A DNA stretch of 64,000 nt, from positions 1 through 64,000 of the IMG/VR virus record IMGVR_UViG_3300025011_000019; one strand, 5' to 3'. Each line of letters opens with the position of its first letter. The stretch's first letter is position 1. Both the position numbers and the translations under genes were made by a program. Below the pieces are notes generated by a model that saw nothing but the letters and a program-made list of their open reading frames with translations, searched no databases and had not been told where the DNA came from. This DNA comes from a virus. Below are positions 62,004 through 64,000 of the stretch, in pieces.

Positions 62004-62139
62004 ATTCAAGCAAGCAATTGTAAATGGTGATCAATATATTTATGGATTTGGATTTTATTTGTCAATTGTGAAGTGGTATAGGTAATTATCCCATAAGTCT
62101 ATTATTTAACTTATTCTAAATTAGAAAGGAAATGATAAA

Positions 62140-62583
62140 ATGAAATTTGCAAAATATTATGATGTTACAAGTAAAATGAATCAACTAATTGATAAAGGTG
62201 AATTATTCTCCTATGCAAAAGACTACTATAAGAAGTTATTTATATGTATGGATACCAATGACTTTTGGATTAGTAGAGTGTTAGAGGGATATAACAGTGA
62301 GTATGACCAGGAACAGGGTAAATGGCTAATCGAGAGAGAAAAGATTGATAAATATGCTTTTATTGATTTCCTCTCAGAAAAGACTGATAAAAAGTATGAG
62401 GTTAACGACAGACATCAAAGAAAAGATATTATTGATAAAATACCAGTAGACAAAGTAATTAAATACCTAATATTAATGGATGATGATAGAGGACTTGAAG
62501 GTTGGGACAGTCTTGAATGTGATAGTTTAGAAGAAGTTATAGAAGCATTAGATGGTGGATTTGGAATTGAAGTATTGACATAA
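62140..62583 (+). CDS. Hypothetical protein
   Basis: AAAGGA SD; ends ALDGGFGI. Confidence 0.7.
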   Translation: MKFAKYYDVTSKMNQLIDKGELFSYAKDYYKKLFICMDTNDFWISRVLEGYNSEYDQEQGKWLIEREKIDKYAFIDFLSEKTDKKYEVNDRHQRKDIIDKIPVDKVIKYLILMDDDRGLEGWDSLECDSLEEVIEALDGGFGIEVLT

Positions 62584-62646
62584 GAAAATTAGCATGAAAG
62601 CAAGCTTACTAGAAAGCAGAATTAAATTAAGGGAGAGTGTATTAAT

Positions 62647-62856
62647 ATGTTAGCAAGAACATTTGAACCATTTGACATGGAATCTTTTATTGAGTATGTG
62701 GAAAGATTGTTTGAAATATGGGACAGAATGGTTAAAAGAAATCAAAGAAATGATTTCTCCATTGGAGGCATTTTTAATGGTTTTAATGTAGTAGTTGATA
62801 GTAATTCAACAGTTGATTCTATAAAGTTAGCTTGGGTTAATTATTGGAAGGAATAA
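62647..62856 (+). CDS. Small hypothetical protein
   Basis: GGGAG SD. Confidence 0.6.
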   Translation: MLARTFEPFDMESFIEYVERLFEIWDRMVKRNQRNDFSIGGIFNGFNVVVDSNSTVDSIKLAWVNYWKE

Positions 62857-62958
62857 ATTAACTGGTCTGATCCAGTATAAAACGCCTTAAGCTCAGAGCG
62901 TTAGCAGGGTTCATAACAATCCTGCTAGGTGGTATCAAAAAATAGGAGGTGCAATAAT

Positions 62959-63075
62959 ATGACAAAAGTGGTATGCCCAAACTGTAAAACTAGTTTTGAA
63001 AATTTTGAAATGAACATTAACCTAGAATCAGGTGAAGTAGAGTTCTTTTGTCCTGCTTGCGGAGAGAGTCTATAA
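62959..63075 (+). CDS. 38-aa zinc-ribbon peptide (not in the ORF track)
   Basis: AGGAGGT SD; CPNC...CPAC. Confidence 0.7.
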   Translation: MTKVVCPNCKTSFENFEMNINLESGEVEFFCPACGESL

Positions 63076-63116
63076 AAAGTAAAACTTAACGGAGTGAAGA
63101 AAGGAGTTAATTTAAA

Positions 63117-63254
63117 ATGAACGAGTATAAAGTTGAAAAGAAACCACTAACAAAGAAAGAATATTTTCAAACACTTTCAGGCAATTTGGTTACATCAGAC
63201 GATCTTAACAAAATGTATAACAATTACCTTATGGGATTCTATGGTTATTATTAA
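63117..63254 (+). CDS. 45-aa hypothetical protein
   Basis: AAAGGAG SD. Confidence 0.55.
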   Translation: MNEYKVEKKPLTKKEYFQTLSGNLVTSDDLNKMYNNYLMGFYGYY

Positions 63255-63363
63255 TCTGTGCTAGTGATTTAAGCCCATATTCGCTATAACAGCAGAGCAT
63301 ATGGGTTTGTGGGTTTATATCATAGTATTGGTTACTAAATTAAATCCAAAGGAGAGTGAATTA

Positions 63364-63633
63364 ATGAACGGTTGGTTATCCCCTGAAGGTAAATTTTACA
63401 GCACTTTCAATTTGCTTTCTCATTATAAAAAGGCTGAAGAAATAGCAGATTGGAATGAGATTAGTTTTAATATCATCGATCCCTTAACCAATACTCATCC
63501 TTGGTGTGCAGAAAGATTGTTGGAAGTCTTAGGTTGGGTAAAATTAGGTAGTGATGAAAGAATTATAGATTTAGATATTGATACTTTGACGGATAAGCAA
63601 ATCAAGTTTTTGTTGAAGCATAAATTAGTTTAA
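63364..63633 (+). CDS. GWLSP.G-motif phage protein
   Basis: NGWLSPEGKFY...H...LGWVKL...LTDKQ. Confidence 0.65.
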   Translation: MNGWLSPEGKFYSTFNLLSHYKKAEEIADWNEISFNIIDPLTNTHPWCAERLLEVLGWVKLGSDERIIDLDIDTLTDKQIKFLLKHKLV

Positions 63634-63643
63634 TAAATGGAGG

Positions 63644-63892
63644 ATGATTATTGTGAATCATATTTCTGTAGGAGTTTATGCAAATGGGAGTCATGTAGTA
63701 AATATTGTTAGGGATGAATATGTCAATGATCATATTAAGTATAACAAATTGTTTAGGTCTGGAAGAGCATTGTTTGTAGACGGAGAATGTCTTAATACGG
63801 GATATCTAAATAATGAAGAGGTTAAAAAATGGAAAGATAAAATTAAGGGAATGAATATTGATTCTTCTATTGCATCAGAAAAATATCATTAA
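63644..63892 (+). CDS. Hypothetical protein
   Basis: 82-aa ORF after GGAGG. Confidence 0.6.
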   Translation: MIIVNHISVGVYANGSHVVNIVRDEYVNDHIKYNKLFRSGRALFVDGECLNTGYLNNEEVKKWKDKIKGMNIDSSIASEKYH

Positions 63893-64000
63893 TTTGTTAT
63901 ATTTCTAAAATCTCAAACCCTAAAAACCTTACTACACTAGGCTTTTGTAATTCAATATTTGGCATAAAATGTTATTTTTATGTGGTGGGATAGAAAGGAG

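Larger units (their letters stand above)
46842..63308 (+). repeat. Dispersed family of about 15 intergenic ATAACA-displaying hairpins
   Basis: See finding; stems unrelated, hexamer conserved, all on the sense strand. Confidence 0.75.
1..64000. mobile_element. Segment of a large SPbeta-like (YonO-encoding) phage/prophage of a clostridial host
   Basis: YonO RNAP, HU, YonK-like and phosphoesterase genes in SPbeta-like order; antirepressor, homing endonucleases, many small ORFs; no host core genes; Firmicutes-type SD and sigma-A signals. Confidence 0.9.

Noticed and set aside
46842-63308. ATAACA hairpins as integron attC sites, CRISPR repeats or plain terminators
   Set aside because: No RYYYAAC/GTTRRRY boxes or integrase, no constant repeat-spacer period, most lack U-tracts, and G-U pairs point to RNA
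1-64000. tRNA, rRNA, tmRNA, CRISPR array, integrase/att site
   Set aside because: None recognisable by eye; a tRNAscan/Infernal run would be needed to exclude them formally

Overview
The whole window is AT-rich DNA from a large SPbeta-like phage or prophage of a clostridial (Firmicutes) host. No host housekeeping genes are present. The left arm (1-30.6 kb) is transcribed leftward. It carries a YonO-type single-subunit RNA polymerase split exactly inside its DxDGD catalytic motif by a group I intron with a GIY-YIG homing endonuclease, followed by PIN-PhoH, HU, YonK-like, metallophosphoesterase, ClpP-like and antirepressor genes in SPbeta-like order. Further upstream are two helicase-like genes and a PAPS-reductase-family gene. 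A ~2.3 kb non-coding, palindrome-rich spacer (30.6-32.9 kb) separates the two arms. The right arm is transcribed rightward and looks like an early host-takeover/anti-defence region. From 32.9 to 45.8 kb it is a run of self-contained promoter-gene-terminator cassettes. From 45.9 to 64 kb it is largely polycistronic, with DUF262, DarB-like methyltransferase-helicase, ArdC-like and many small genes. The strongest unexplained signals are: (i) about 15 intergenic sense-strand hairpins with unrelated stems that all display AUAACA, downstream of an rRNA-type boxA leader; (ii) a coiled-coil gene flanked by two large structured non-coding RNA candidates, one with a degenerate ~7-nt repeat core; and (iii) a ~400-nt kissing-loop RNA candidate downstream of the RNAP gene. 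All family assignments are from motif recognition by eye; no searches or folding programs were run.
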